A DNA stretch of 37,608 nucleotides from a virus. Position 1 is the stretch's first letter, and every line of letters begins with the position of its first letter. The notes beneath the pieces were generated by a model. The model made no database searches and had not been told where the DNA came from. It was given only the letters and a program-made list of their open reading frames with translations. The DNA is taken from positions 1 through 37,608 of IMG/VR virus record IMGVR_UViG_3300045988_118543. One strand, 5' to 3'. This document shows, in pieces, positions 16,159-24,645 of this stretch. The translations under genes were made by a program, and so were the position numbers.

Positions 16159-17346
16159 TTAGGCAGCTTCTTTGACCAAGGTTACTGTTTTTGTAACTTC
16201 AGATGCATCGACCGCAATATCAATTGTCTGTGCAATGTATCCTTTCAATGTAACCTTTGCCTGATAGTTACCTTTGCGTAAGTTGAATGTTGCCAATCCA
16301 GAAGCATCTGTTTTCAAGATGGCTCCGTTTAGATTCACTTTGGCATCTTTCAAGTTTCCACCAGAGTCTTTTACAGTGATCTTAACTGCCTGAGTTGTAA
16401 CAGGAGACGCTGGTTCAAGATAAGCGAAAGCACATCCTGTACGGTCTTCATTCAAGCGAGTTGCTGGATTTGGCAATGCCCATCCCATACGGAATACAAC
16501 ACGCAATGCAATCATATCCTGCTGTGCAAGGTTGTATACGATTTCCTTTGTCTGTGGATCCTGGATGATACCCTGATCTAAGATCTTAACTGTAACATCC
16601 TGACGAATTGCATATACTGCCTGAGTGAAGTCACCAGCAACCAACTGTGCAATATCAGCAAAGAAAGATCCGTTCTGAGGGAATGTCAATGGTGTTCCAT
16701 CCAAAGAATACTGAACCGTGCTCTGTGGATCGCGCATGAAGATTGGGTTTCCATTCGCATCTCTCAAACCACGTAATTTAGATTTGAAGTTTAATGGTGC
16801 GATTGCTCCAGATACACCATATCCATCATTTTCAACTTTAGAGAACACTCCATCTTCACCAAGGATCAGATCAAAATAATCTTTTCCATCAGCTACTGGA
16901 ACATTGTTTCCTGCCTGTCTTGCTAAAGTGATGATATCGTTCTGCCATTCTGCTGGCTTGTTATCACCAAAGATGATGGCAGCATCGACACGTTTACCAA
17001 TGGCTTCATTAACACGTGGAGTAACTTCACCCATGATATCAAATTCTGCATCATCCAATACAGCTTCAGGAATTGGTACAATAACCGCCAACTCAGCTGC
17101 AGTGATAAATACGTTATCCCATGCTTGACGGCTTGTCTGTTTCATTCCTGTATCACCATTAACCCAGTAAGCTTCAGGTAAGAAATCCAATACACGGATA
17201 CGTGTCTGATTGGATGTCATGTTTGGCAACTTACGTGCCATGCTCATGAACACTGACTGTTTTGGCGCATCTTGAAAGATATTCTGTACTACTTGTTCGC
17301 GGATAATCGCTTCCGCATCTTGTCTATTTACGATATTTACTGGCAT
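16159..17346 (-). CDS. Major capsid protein (HK97 fold) with a C-terminal prealbumin/Ig-like extension
   Basis: RBS aaggagg. Sequence FITAAELAVIVPIPEAVLDDAEFDI...AIIFG is typical of HK97-type capsid proteins. The last ~85 aa (VKITVKDSGGNLKDAKVNLNG...TDASGLATFNLRKGNYQAKVTLKGY) resemble a CarboxypepD_reg-like beta-sandwich. Confidence 0.85.
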   Translation of the reverse strand: MPVNIVNRQDAEAIIREQVVQNIFQDAPKQSVFMSMARKLPNMTSNQTRIRVLDFLPEAYWVNGDTGMKQTSRQAWDNVFITAAELAVIVPIPEAVLDDAEFDIMGEVTPRVNEAIGKRVDAAIIFGDNKPAEWQNDIITLARQAGNNVPVADGKDYFDLILGEDGVFSKVENDGYGVSGAIAPLNFKSKLRGLRDANGNPIFMRDPQSTVQYSLDGTPLTFPQNGSFFADIAQLVAGDFTQAVYAIRQDVTVKILDQGIIQDPQTKEIVYNLAQQDMIALRVVFRMGWALPNPATRLNEDRTGCAFAYLEPASPVTTQAVKITVKDSGGNLKDAKVNLNGAILKTDASGLATFNLRKGNYQAKVTLKGYIAQTIDIAVDASEVTKTVTLVKEAA

Positions 17347-17359
17347 TTATATTTCCTCC

Positions 17360-17881
17360 TTATAGTTTTCCAAACGCTGCTCTAAGAGCTTCATTTGCCT
17401 TATCCTTGCTTGTCTGTACATCATCCGGATTGGTTCTTGTTGAACCTACGACAAAAGGTGTTTTTCCAAAGTAATTTGCATTGTTTTCTTTTAGGTCCTT
17501 GACGATATTCTCACCATTTTTGATTTCCCCTTTGTCATCCAGTTCCAACTTGTCGACTCCCCCATATTTGTACAGCATATAGTCCCGGTCCTTGCAGTCG
17601 TCTCCCAACAATGAAAAGAACTTTTCCTTTTTGGACTTGTTCGTGTTGTCTTTCTGCAGACCTTCATATTTCTGTTTCCAGTTATCACGGTCCTGTTCGA
17701 TTGATGCAAAATCACGTTTTTCTAGTTCCTGGATTCTTCCATTTGCATCTTTTAGCTGCGTAGCTTTCGCATTGTAATCTGACTTTGATACAAAGTGTTT
17801 ACCGATATAGGCTGTGATACCTGATTCCTGTTCGGATGTCAGTTCGACACCCATTTCCTTAATGTCATCAATTAAACTCAT
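17360..17881 (-). CDS. Scaffolding protein (phage GP20-like)
   Basis: 173-aa charged coiled-coil protein immediately upstream of the capsid gene. Confidence 0.75.
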   Translation of the reverse strand: MSLIDDIKEMGVELTSEQESGITAYIGKHFVSKSDYNAKATQLKDANGRIQELEKRDFASIEQDRDNWKQKYEGLQKDNTNKSKKEKFFSLLGDDCKDRDYMLYKYGGVDKLELDDKGEIKNGENIVKDLKENNANYFGKTPFVVGSTRTNPDDVQTSKDKANEALRAAFGKL

Positions 17882-17981
17882 TTTTCTTCAATCTCCTTTT
17901 TATTCCGGGCGGTACCGGTACGATCTACACAATTTATTCCCTTGTGATCGGGTAGGGACCTTTTTACGTCATATCCAGGAC

Positions 17982-18015
17982 AAAATAAAAACGACCTAAA
18001 CACTGCTTAGATCGT
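17982..18015 (-). terminator. Intrinsic terminator (minus strand)
   Basis: 9-bp stem (18015..18007 pairs with 17999..17991, with one G-U in minus-sense RNA) and a 7-nt loop, followed by uuuuauuuu (17990..17982). Confidence 0.7.
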
Positions 18016-18187
18016 CCTTAATAAATTTAGGTAGTTTTCTTTTCCTGGGCGGGTCTTTCACATACACCGTCTCCTTTCTCGTCTTGCCACAAAAAATGCA
18101 GGTATGGATTATTTTTTCCACCCTGCATTTCTGTTGTTGATCATAATAACTTGTCTTGATCTGACTGTTCCAAATGTGATTGCACAT
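17996..18187 (-). CDS. Small Cys/His-rich (zinc-finger-like) basic protein
   Basis: MCNHIWNS...CRVEKIIHTCIFCGKTRKE...PPRKRKLPKF. The ATG at 18187 is chosen over the ORF track TTG at 18199. The SD is weak. Confidence 0.45.
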   Translation of the reverse strand: MCNHIWNSQIKTSYYDQQQKCRVEKIIHTCIFCGKTRKETVYVKDPPRKRKLPKFIKDDLSSV

Positions 18188-18189
18188 AT

Positions 18190-18226
18190 TACTCTTCAAT
18201 ACTCTATTTTACTCTTTGCTACTCTT
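18190..18226. repeat. Four TACTCT(T/A) repeats at exact 10-bp phasing (AAGAGTA on the minus strand)
   Basis: Copies start at 18190, 18200, 18210 and 18220. They lie directly upstream of the small Cys-rich ORF and directly downstream of a terminator. Confidence 0.8.
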
Positions 18227-18233
18227 TGAACAC

Positions 18234-18259
18234 TAAAAAAACACACCTGTTACAGTGTG
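18234..18259 (-). terminator. Intrinsic terminator (minus strand) after the candidate immunity gene
   Basis: Hairpin cacac(c)tg / ca-gtgtg spans 18242..18259, followed on the minus strand by a U8 run (plus-strand A-run 18234..18241). Confidence 0.6.
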
Positions 18260-18274
18260 CTACTTATTACATTA

Positions 18275-18502
18275 CTATGCACTAACCAATTCTATTTTTT
18301 CAACATCCGACAAAGGTATAGTTCTTACAAATCCCTCATCCTTATGAAAAATTTCTAACTCTTCTACTTCCTCTGGGTCACCCCATGTTGTCGATTCCCA
18401 AAATACACCTACATCAAAAGTACCATCACTACATGTCACTTTGACAGACTTATTGATATACTGTTGGAATTCTTCATATTGCTTTAAATCCATAGGTTTC
18501 AT
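18275..18502 (-). CDS. Small acidic protein, candidate immunity protein for the MuF-fused toxin domain
   Basis: 75-aa ORF whose ATG directly abuts the MuF stop (TAAATG). The SD aaggagg lies inside the MuF 3' end. A terminator follows. Confidence 0.5.
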   Translation of the reverse strand: MKPMDLKQYEEFQQYINKSVKVTCSDGTFDVGVFWESTTWGDPEEVEELEIFHKDEGFVRTIPLSDVEKIELVSA

Positions 18503-20161
18503 TTATTTATAAGCCTCCTTCTTTGACATATAATCAGGCACTATATGATATCCGTATCGTTTTGAATACTTGATTTTAAAAACCGACGTTTCTTGTTCTT
18601 TTCCAGTAAAGTTATTAACAACCACTCCAATAATCTTGTCATTCGTCAGGATTATTTCTTCTTCTTTCCATTTTCCATTAGAGTCGTATGTGTTGATTCC
18701 TTTTTGTGCATACTGATTAACGATTTCCTTAATCTCTTCTTCCGATATTGTTAAATATGACGGCTTTACCTTTTGGTTTGATTGTTTCGTAGCATATTCA
18801 TTTGTGCCCGGAATATGCTTGTTCTGCCTTCCTTTAGCAATATCCATCTTATATCCTGATATATCTTCTTTCTTTGTCAAATAAATTATATCATTTTTAT
18901 CATCTTTTTTCTTTAATTTGATTCTTACAATACCATCATTCCCAGTAAAGGTCTCTGTTTCCTTTTTGATTTTCTTACTTGATACCTTTATCTTTCCAAG
19001 TCCATCGTTGTAGATGCGTTCTCTTTGCGTAGGAAGTCCCATCTTCTTAGTAAAATCATTGTATCTGGATATGGTGTTCTGGTACCTTGCCTGTTTAAGG
19101 ATCAACATATCCTTTGTTGCCTCATCCGCATCTTCAAGCCCTCTTTCCAAGAGACGTATATCCTGTCGATACTTTCTGGCAGTTCGTTCCAGGTACCTCT
19201 GTTGCTGCAAAGCTTCATAGGTCGTGTATTCCTTGCCGTTGTAAAGCTTTTTCTTGTTTTCTTCAGCAATCATTTCTTTCAGTTCATCATCTGAATATGT
19301 TCTGACCGATACACCTGGAATAAACGGCCTGTATGTGTGATAGCAATTGGCTCCACAGAGTCCTGTAACAGAACCCAGGCCACACTTGGTTACAAGTTCT
19401 TCCTTTGAGTACACACGGCCTTGCCACACCTGATGCGCCGGTCTAGCTCCTACGTGATAGGATATCTCAAAATAGTCTGTTCCAATTTCCTGTGCTGTTT
19501 GCTCATTGATTCGGCCCTGTATCTGTCTAAATCCGGTCAGCACTGTAGTTCGAACATGGGATACCATACCTCGATGTGCTCCACTTTCAAAATCAATGAT
19601 GCGGACTCCGGAAGTGGTCATCTTGTTGACCACTCTTTCAAGGACCTGTTCATAACTGAAAGCACCGCTTGAAATATCCAGGATTGCCTGATCCAGCTGT
19701 GACTGATAAAACGTTTGAAGCGGAGTAGCTATCAACTGACCATTTGGCTGTCGCAACACAAAGCCAAGTGATCTGGCCATTCCTCCAATGGTTTCATACG
19801 TCTGATCATGGATACCACTGACCAGCTGCTGCAGTTCGATATTGTCTTTATAAGGCACCTGCTCAAGACCTACAGTCTGAAATTCTCTGTAATGTCCATA
19901 ATATTCTTTATAAACTTCATCATCAAAGATTTTGTCCAGTTTTATCTCTGTACCTTTCAGTGCCTCTTTAAAATACTTAGCCACATCTTCTTCAGCAACA
20001 CCAAGAGATCGTAATCGATTCATCAGATAATCCGATGAAGCACCAGAGAAACCATTTTCTTTAATAAGATCGACCATTTTTTCCATGATTTTGATTTCTA
20101 GCTCTGAAAACATTTTAGCGATATCTTCACCAAAGTTTTCAATCTCACCATACTTTTTCAT
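18503..20161 (-). CDS. Head morphogenesis protein (MuF / SPP1 gp7-like) with a C-terminal polymorphic-toxin-like domain
   Basis: 552 aa directly after the portal. GLCGANCYHTYRPFIPG is typical of Firmicutes phage minor capsid/MuF proteins. The last ~109 aa (GRQNKHIPGTNEY...GKWKEEEII...FKIKYSKRYGYHIVP) match my recollection of the polymorphic toxin type 50 (Ntox50) signature. Confidence 0.75.
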   Translation of the reverse strand: MKKYGEIENFGEDIAKMFSELEIKIMEKMVDLIKENGFSGASSDYLMNRLRSLGVAEEDVAKYFKEALKGTEIKLDKIFDDEVYKEYYGHYREFQTVGLEQVPYKDNIELQQLVSGIHDQTYETIGGMARSLGFVLRQPNGQLIATPLQTFYQSQLDQAILDISSGAFSYEQVLERVVNKMTTSGVRIIDFESGAHRGMVSHVRTTVLTGFRQIQGRINEQTAQEIGTDYFEISYHVGARPAHQVWQGRVYSKEELVTKCGLGSVTGLCGANCYHTYRPFIPGVSVRTYSDDELKEMIAEENKKKLYNGKEYTTYEALQQQRYLERTARKYRQDIRLLERGLEDADEATKDMLILKQARYQNTISRYNDFTKKMGLPTQRERIYNDGLGKIKVSSKKIKKETETFTGNDGIVRIKLKKKDDKNDIIYLTKKEDISGYKMDIAKGRQNKHIPGTNEYATKQSNQKVKPSYLTISEEEIKEIVNQYAQKGINTYDSNGKWKEEEIILTNDKIIGVVVNNFTGKEQETSVFKIKYSKRYGYHIVPDYMSKKEAYK

Positions 20162-20162
20162 G

Positions 20163-21545
20163 TTATTCCGTCATGTCATCGATCAATGCGGTCTGGTCAT
20201 TCATGCCAACAGCTTTCTTAGCTTCTTCTTCGGTTTCACCAAACCATTTCATGCGGTATTCCCACAGCTGCATGGCTCCCATAGCTACATCCGAACGATC
20301 TGTCTGTCTTTCTTTTTCTGTGTCTACGACCAGGCTGTCATCCCAGATAAAGGAAACTCTGTGAGACCCTTGAGGAACCAGATCGTAAATGGTACACCAA
20401 AGATCCATTGCATCAATATAATCTTCAAGTGCATCCTGCAATGCTTTCTGACAATCCGATACAAAGGTGTAGGACCTTTGCTTTGATGTCTTAATTTCTT
20501 CGGCTGTTTTTGCCTCATTGTTTGGATCGCTCAACGTTCCGTATGCCAAACAGCAGGCAAATTCAATTCTGCGCAGCTGCTGGTTCAATCCATTAAAATA
20601 GGAAGTATCTCGAATTTCCGGAGAAAAAGCTTCAAGCAATGGCTTATCCACGGCTCCCTGCGAATACTCCATTGCTCGATACAGTCTGCCTTTTCCACCA
20701 GGATACACAAGCTTGTCCTGATTCTTGTCATACTTTAGCAAGGATTCTCCTATGTGAATGGCTGTTTCTTTAGATTCGAACTCCCATGAAATTTGTGAAT
20801 ATCGATTATCTGCCTCATGTATCAGATCTGTTCCGCGTGAAAAGCACGACACTCCCAGAGGACTATCTGCATCCTTATTGTTGGCCAAAGGCACTTTAAA
20901 ATATCCTATCGGAAGCTTTGTGACATTCTCTATAGTGATTTCTTCAGCAAGGCCTGACCATCTTTCGGTAGATTCAAGACTGATCTCACTACCAAGGATG
21001 CCATCCGTATCCGATTTGAACGCCCGGTTTCGAATGGTCAGTCTTGTTCCTTTCAACTTGTGGTATTCGACCCTTGTATAGATCGAATTGGCCTTTCTGT
21101 ACTGCTCGACAAAACAGATACGTGTAATATTTCCTGAATCATCAAACGTGATGGGAAAGAAACTGTCTGCCTGTACAATCTGTGTTGCCAGTCCATTTTC
21201 TGTGACATACGGTTTGAAAACAATGCCACCTTTTGCACAGGCCAGTTCCGTAAACTGTCTAAGCTTACGAATTTGCTTCTGATAATGAGAATCTAAAAAA
21301 GTAGCTCGAGAACTACCTGTTATCTTTGATTCCATTTCCAGTGTGATCAAACGGGCCAGCTCGCTCGATATTGCAGAGGGAAGGCCCATGCTTTTTGTAT
21401 CCTCATTGATCCAAGGTGCTCGGTCCTTGAACATAAGTGACCACAGTTCTATCTGACGGGATGTAACATCGGTCATGGCAAATGTGATCTGCTCATCTTT
21501 TTCAAGCACCTTTGTCAATGCTTCATACATTTTTGAGTACCTCAT
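20163..21545 (-). CDS. Portal protein (SPP1 gp6 / A118-type)
   Basis: 460 aa, positioned between terL and MuF. RBS ggagg. Confidence 0.85.
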   Translation of the reverse strand: MRYSKMYEALTKVLEKDEQITFAMTDVTSRQIELWSLMFKDRAPWINEDTKSMGLPSAISSELARLITLEMESKITGSSRATFLDSHYQKQIRKLRQFTELACAKGGIVFKPYVTENGLATQIVQADSFFPITFDDSGNITRICFVEQYRKANSIYTRVEYHKLKGTRLTIRNRAFKSDTDGILGSEISLESTERWSGLAEEITIENVTKLPIGYFKVPLANNKDADSPLGVSCFSRGTDLIHEADNRYSQISWEFESKETAIHIGESLLKYDKNQDKLVYPGGKGRLYRAMEYSQGAVDKPLLEAFSPEIRDTSYFNGLNQQLRRIEFACCLAYGTLSDPNNEAKTAEEIKTSKQRSYTFVSDCQKALQDALEDYIDAMDLWCTIYDLVPQGSHRVSFIWDDSLVVDTEKERQTDRSDVAMGAMQLWEYRMKWFGETEEEAKKAVGMNDQTALIDDMTE

Positions 21546-21555
21546 TTACTACCTC

Positions 21556-22929
21556 CTATCCATATCGAATCAAATTGCTGATCTCTCGTTCAATCGTATA
21601 TTCAAAACTGTCCAGACTGTCGATGTCGGTTGATCCATCATCCAGTCGAACGTTCTTGGTTAATTCGTCCGGGTCCCATACTGCCTGGCACAATGCATTT
21701 TCCAAGCTTTTGCAATTGTCCGCATCATAGAAAAAACGATGCTGTGCCATCAGTATCGAAGTTGCATTGATTCGGTCATTGATGGTTGTTTTCAACGCAT
21801 TTTCAACTCGAATCCATGCCAGTCCATGTTTTCTCAGACTGCTTCGAATGCCTGCAATCAATGTCTGTTCGGCACTGTCGGCATAGACCCTTGTAATAAA
21901 TCCATATCGAGATATAACCCTCTGGCAGAAGTCACAGAACATGTTTCCCAGCATTTCAGGATCTATCTCTATCGTGTTTCCAGATGCATCTTTACACCCG
22001 ATCCACTCACTGGCAATGGCCACCACATGATTGTATCCTCGTGTAATCGCGGTTGCCGTAAAGGAATGACCAGAACCGGAACCACCAAAGTCGATTCCTA
22101 CATTCAAAAGCATAATGTCTCTGACCTTGTCACCTTTGAACTGATAGGAATACTGCTTAGTTGAAACATCATCTGCAAAGTGACGATAGATCAATCCGGA
22201 TGCAATCACACGCATTCCTTTGATGTCACGCATGTACCAAATACTGTTTGGATCGTATCGGCTTTCTATAGCTTTCAAACGCTCTGGTGTAATCGTGATG
22301 TTGTCATAAATCGTACAGTGCATGTAGTTGTACCCGCCAGGGAATTCTCCTGCGTTCTGCAGATCTCTGTACTTGTCGATATACTCCGTGTAGATCGGAT
22401 GTTTCGGATTGTCTGGGTTCAAGTCCCAGAATATCTTCAAACGCTTTGCAGCAAGGAGTCGGTTATTTGCCTCCTTGATCGTGTTGTCATGATGCAGGTT
22501 GATCTCGGTAGCAATCCACATGCCGTAGGAGTTACCACGAATCTTTTTAAAGGAATCTTCTTTGGCTGCTCCTGCAAAGATCACAACTTTTTCAACACCG
22601 CCTGTATCCGGCCCCTTGATAAAAAGAGCTTCATTGTCTTTGAATTTTCCCCAGTGGCTCTGCCCTCTGAAGATGTTCTCCAGGCCAAGGCCATTGCAAA
22701 CGCCAATGTTTAGCTTAGCGTTACCAACTGTTGAACCAGTGGCCAGGTGAATACGATCCGGTGTCTTTTTCAATTCATGGGCAAAGGCAAAAACGTTGTC
22801 AACGGTCTTCCCGGCACGTACAGCACCTTCTGCAACATTGAATTCACATTCGCTGCATTTGCGAATATAATCCTTATGCTTTTGAGAAAATTTATACTCA
22901 AGTCTTTTCTTCCGTTTGACCTGTGCCAT
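21556..22929 (-). CDS. terL: Terminase large subunit (PBSX/Terminase_3-like)
   Basis: Walker A-like motif GAVRAGKT near the N-terminus. 457 aa, with its start overlapping the terS 3' end. Confidence 0.85.
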   Translation of the reverse strand: MAQVKRKKRLEYKFSQKHKDYIRKCSECEFNVAEGAVRAGKTVDNVFAFAHELKKTPDRIHLATGSTVGNAKLNIGVCNGLGLENIFRGQSHWGKFKDNEALFIKGPDTGGVEKVVIFAGAAKEDSFKKIRGNSYGMWIATEINLHHDNTIKEANNRLLAAKRLKIFWDLNPDNPKHPIYTEYIDKYRDLQNAGEFPGGYNYMHCTIYDNITITPERLKAIESRYDPNSIWYMRDIKGMRVIASGLIYRHFADDVSTKQYSYQFKGDKVRDIMLLNVGIDFGGSGSGHSFTATAITRGYNHVVAIASEWIGCKDASGNTIEIDPEMLGNMFCDFCQRVISRYGFITRVYADSAEQTLIAGIRSSLRKHGLAWIRVENALKTTINDRINATSILMAQHRFFYDADNCKSLENALCQAVWDPDELTKNVRLDDGSTDIDSLDSFEYTIEREISNLIRYG

Positions 22930-23587
22930 AAATCTCTCCCTCTATTTCACTCATATCTTCAATCTCTTGACCCTCGCCAGTAATCTTACCAGTTTGTGCT
23001 TTCAATTGATTGATACGTGCTTTCTGTTCTTCTGTAGCAAGCTCCCAGTTCTTGTGCAGCAGTTCATCATACTGCTTGATCATCGATTCCAGGGTTTTCA
23101 TGGCCCTGGACTGTGCCGACATAAAGTTTGCCTGTTTGTCCCATGCTTGTTGAACATCATATGAAACTACATCATCACCACGCATTGATACTTCTTTTGT
23201 CATATCGTTTTTGTCGTGAACATACATGATGTTCTGCGCTCTGACGATGGCTGCCATCTGCATCTGTATGTTTGCCCAGAGGATGTCCAAAGGATCTTCA
23301 GGCATCTCACCGATGATCTGATTTACTTCTTCCGGGAGCCATTTGGCAAAAAACCCATGCTTTCTTGCATTTTGGTTTTCGTCTTTTTTTGGAGTCCTGC
23401 CGGAAGCGTTCTTGTTCTTAAGGGGTGCACCCTTTTTGTGTTTAGGGGGTGCACCCTCTTTTTTGTTCCAGTGGCGCTGCTTCCATGACTTGACGGTATT
23501 AATTGAGACGTTGTATTTCTGCGCAATATCCTTTCGCTTCATACCCGCCTTATAATCTTCATAAGCCAGTTCCCAATTTTCCTTCAA
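22898..23587 (-). CDS. terS: Terminase small subunit
   Basis: N-terminal HTH (YKAGMKRKDIAQKYNVSINTVKSWKQRHW) and a basic linker, upstream of terL. TTG start with ggagg 12 nt upstream. Confidence 0.75.
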   Translation of the reverse strand: MKENWELAYEDYKAGMKRKDIAQKYNVSINTVKSWKQRHWNKKEGAPPKHKKGAPLKNKNASGRTPKKDENQNARKHGFFAKWLPEEVNQIIGEMPEDPLDILWANIQMQMAAIVRAQNIMYVHDKNDMTKEVSMRGDDVVSYDVQQAWDKQANFMSAQSRAMKTLESMIKQYDELLHKNWELATEEQKARINQLKAQTGKITGEGQEIEDMSEIEGEIYGTGQTEEKT

Positions 23588-23618
23588 GCCACATCACCAC
23601 CTCCGATTTGTTTGTTTT

Positions 23619-23652
23619 GCAAAGAAAAAGCACCAGGACTTATCCCTGATGC
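23619..23652 (-). terminator. Intrinsic terminator immediately upstream of terS (minus strand)
   Basis: 8-bp stem 23652..23645 / 23637..23630. Its single non-Watson-Crick position is G-U only in minus-sense RNA. The loop is 7 nt, followed by uuuuucuuugc (23629..23619). Confidence 0.65.
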
Positions 23653-23666
23653 TTTTCAACACTATC

Positions 23667-23675
23667 ATTTTATCA
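23667..23675 (-). promoter_or_regulatory. Extended -10 promoter-like element TGATAAAAT (minus strand)
   Basis: Reverse complement of attttatca at 23667..23675. It lies between the late-regulator gene and the terminator. No good -35 is present. Confidence 0.35.
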
Positions 23676-23701
23676 TGTTGACAAGGTTAGTTTACTAACT
23701 C

Positions 23702-24124
23702 TTACATTTTTTTGATTAAATTTAGAACTTTCTTATATGGATTCTCATATCCATGATCGCTGACCAGTCTTGTATAGGAAACACCTCTGAAGAATGCATC
23801 GATGAAGTCCAGTTCTTTATGATCACATACGATTTTAAGCCGAGCATAGTAGTTCTCGGCTTTTGCTTTTAATTTAGCAAATTCATTACGTTCTTCAAGC
23901 AGCTGCATTTCATCAGATAACAGTGAATTCACAATCGAAGCCTTATCTGTACTTGATTGAACTTTTGGTTGATCCATGTTCCCATTTGGGCAAGATGGTT
24001 CCTGGACAGATTCAATTTTCTGGTTGATATGCCTTAGATCTTCATCGATTTCACGTAATATTGTTTTATACCTTCTGAGACTCTTTATCTCATGAAGGAT
24101 ATACTTTGCTTTGTCATCTGTCAT
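23702..24124 (-). CDS. Putative late-gene transcriptional regulator (RinA/ArpU-like)
   Basis: 140 aa, immediately upstream of terS. N-terminal coiled segment and a C-terminal region (ELDFIDAFFRGVSYTRLVSDHGY) reminiscent of sigma region 4-like phage regulators. The call rests on position, size and weak motifs. Confidence 0.45.
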   Translation of the reverse strand: MTDDKAKYILHEIKSLRRYKTILREIDEDLRHINQKIESVQEPSCPNGNMDQPKVQSSTDKASIVNSLLSDEMQLLEERNEFAKLKAKAENYYARLKIVCDHKELDFIDAFFRGVSYTRLVSDHGYENPYKKVLNLIKKM

Positions 24125-24147
24125 CTGGTTACCTCCTGTTATCTAAT

Positions 24148-24363
24148 TTACCTAATACAGCGATAATGCACTTCAAGCTTTTCATTCAGATTCTTGTTTG
24201 TCTGCTTCAACCCATAGTTTTCTCTATACAGCTCTTCATATCGATATTCTAGGTTTTTATGCTTGGCTTTCAATCGATTATGAGCTCTTAATAATCTTGT
24301 GTACTTGAACTCAACCTCAGCTATTTTGTCAGATAATTCTCGTATCGTTTCATCTTTCGTCAT
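24148..24363 (-). CDS. Hypothetical coiled-coil protein
   Basis: 71-aa ORF, charged and helical. Confidence 0.5.
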   Translation of the reverse strand: MTKDETIRELSDKIAEVEFKYTRLLRAHNRLKAKHKNLEYRYEELYRENYGLKQTNKNLNEKLEVHYRCIR

Positions 24364-24508
24364 CCTTTAACTCTCTTTCTGTTCCTGGCACACACTGAAC
24401 CATCGATGTCCCATATCCATGATCTTCAACGATATACATGGCCAGACCCTCATAAACTAATTCTCCCTGGATCTTCTTCCCACCAAGGGATGTCGCTTCA
24501 TATTTCAT
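24350..24508 (-). CDS. Hypothetical small protein
   Basis: The ATG at 24508 is preceded by ggagga. The ORF track start at 24613 reads through a different small ORF region. Confidence 0.45.
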   Translation of the reverse strand: MKYEATSLGGKKIQGELVYEGLAMYIVEDHGYGTSMVQCVPGTERELKDDER

Positions 24509-24645
24509 AAAATTCCTCCAAAAACAAATGTAAATAGCCAGATCGGCAATATTGCTAATAACCCAAAGAAAAACATCAAACAAAACAGCAAAAATAAGAA
24601 GATAATGATCCATACGATCAACGCCATAACGTCATACCACTTCAT
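24505..24645 (-). CDS. Small hydrophobic membrane protein (46 aa, not in the ORF track)
   Basis: Hand translation gives MKWYDVMALIVWIIIFLFLLFCLMFFFGLLAILPIWLFTFVFGGIL. RBS ggaggg is upstream, and the stop overlaps the next ATG (ATGA). Confidence 0.45.
   Translation of the reverse strand: MKWYDVMALIVWIIIFLFLLFCLMFFFGLLAILPIWLFTFVFGGIL

Noticed and set aside
23323-23555. Overlapping ORFs inside terS (23323..23526 minus strand, 23343..23555 plus strand, 23216..23488 plus strand).
   Set aside because: They are alternative frames of the basic linker region of terS. They lack independent translation signals and have biased composition.
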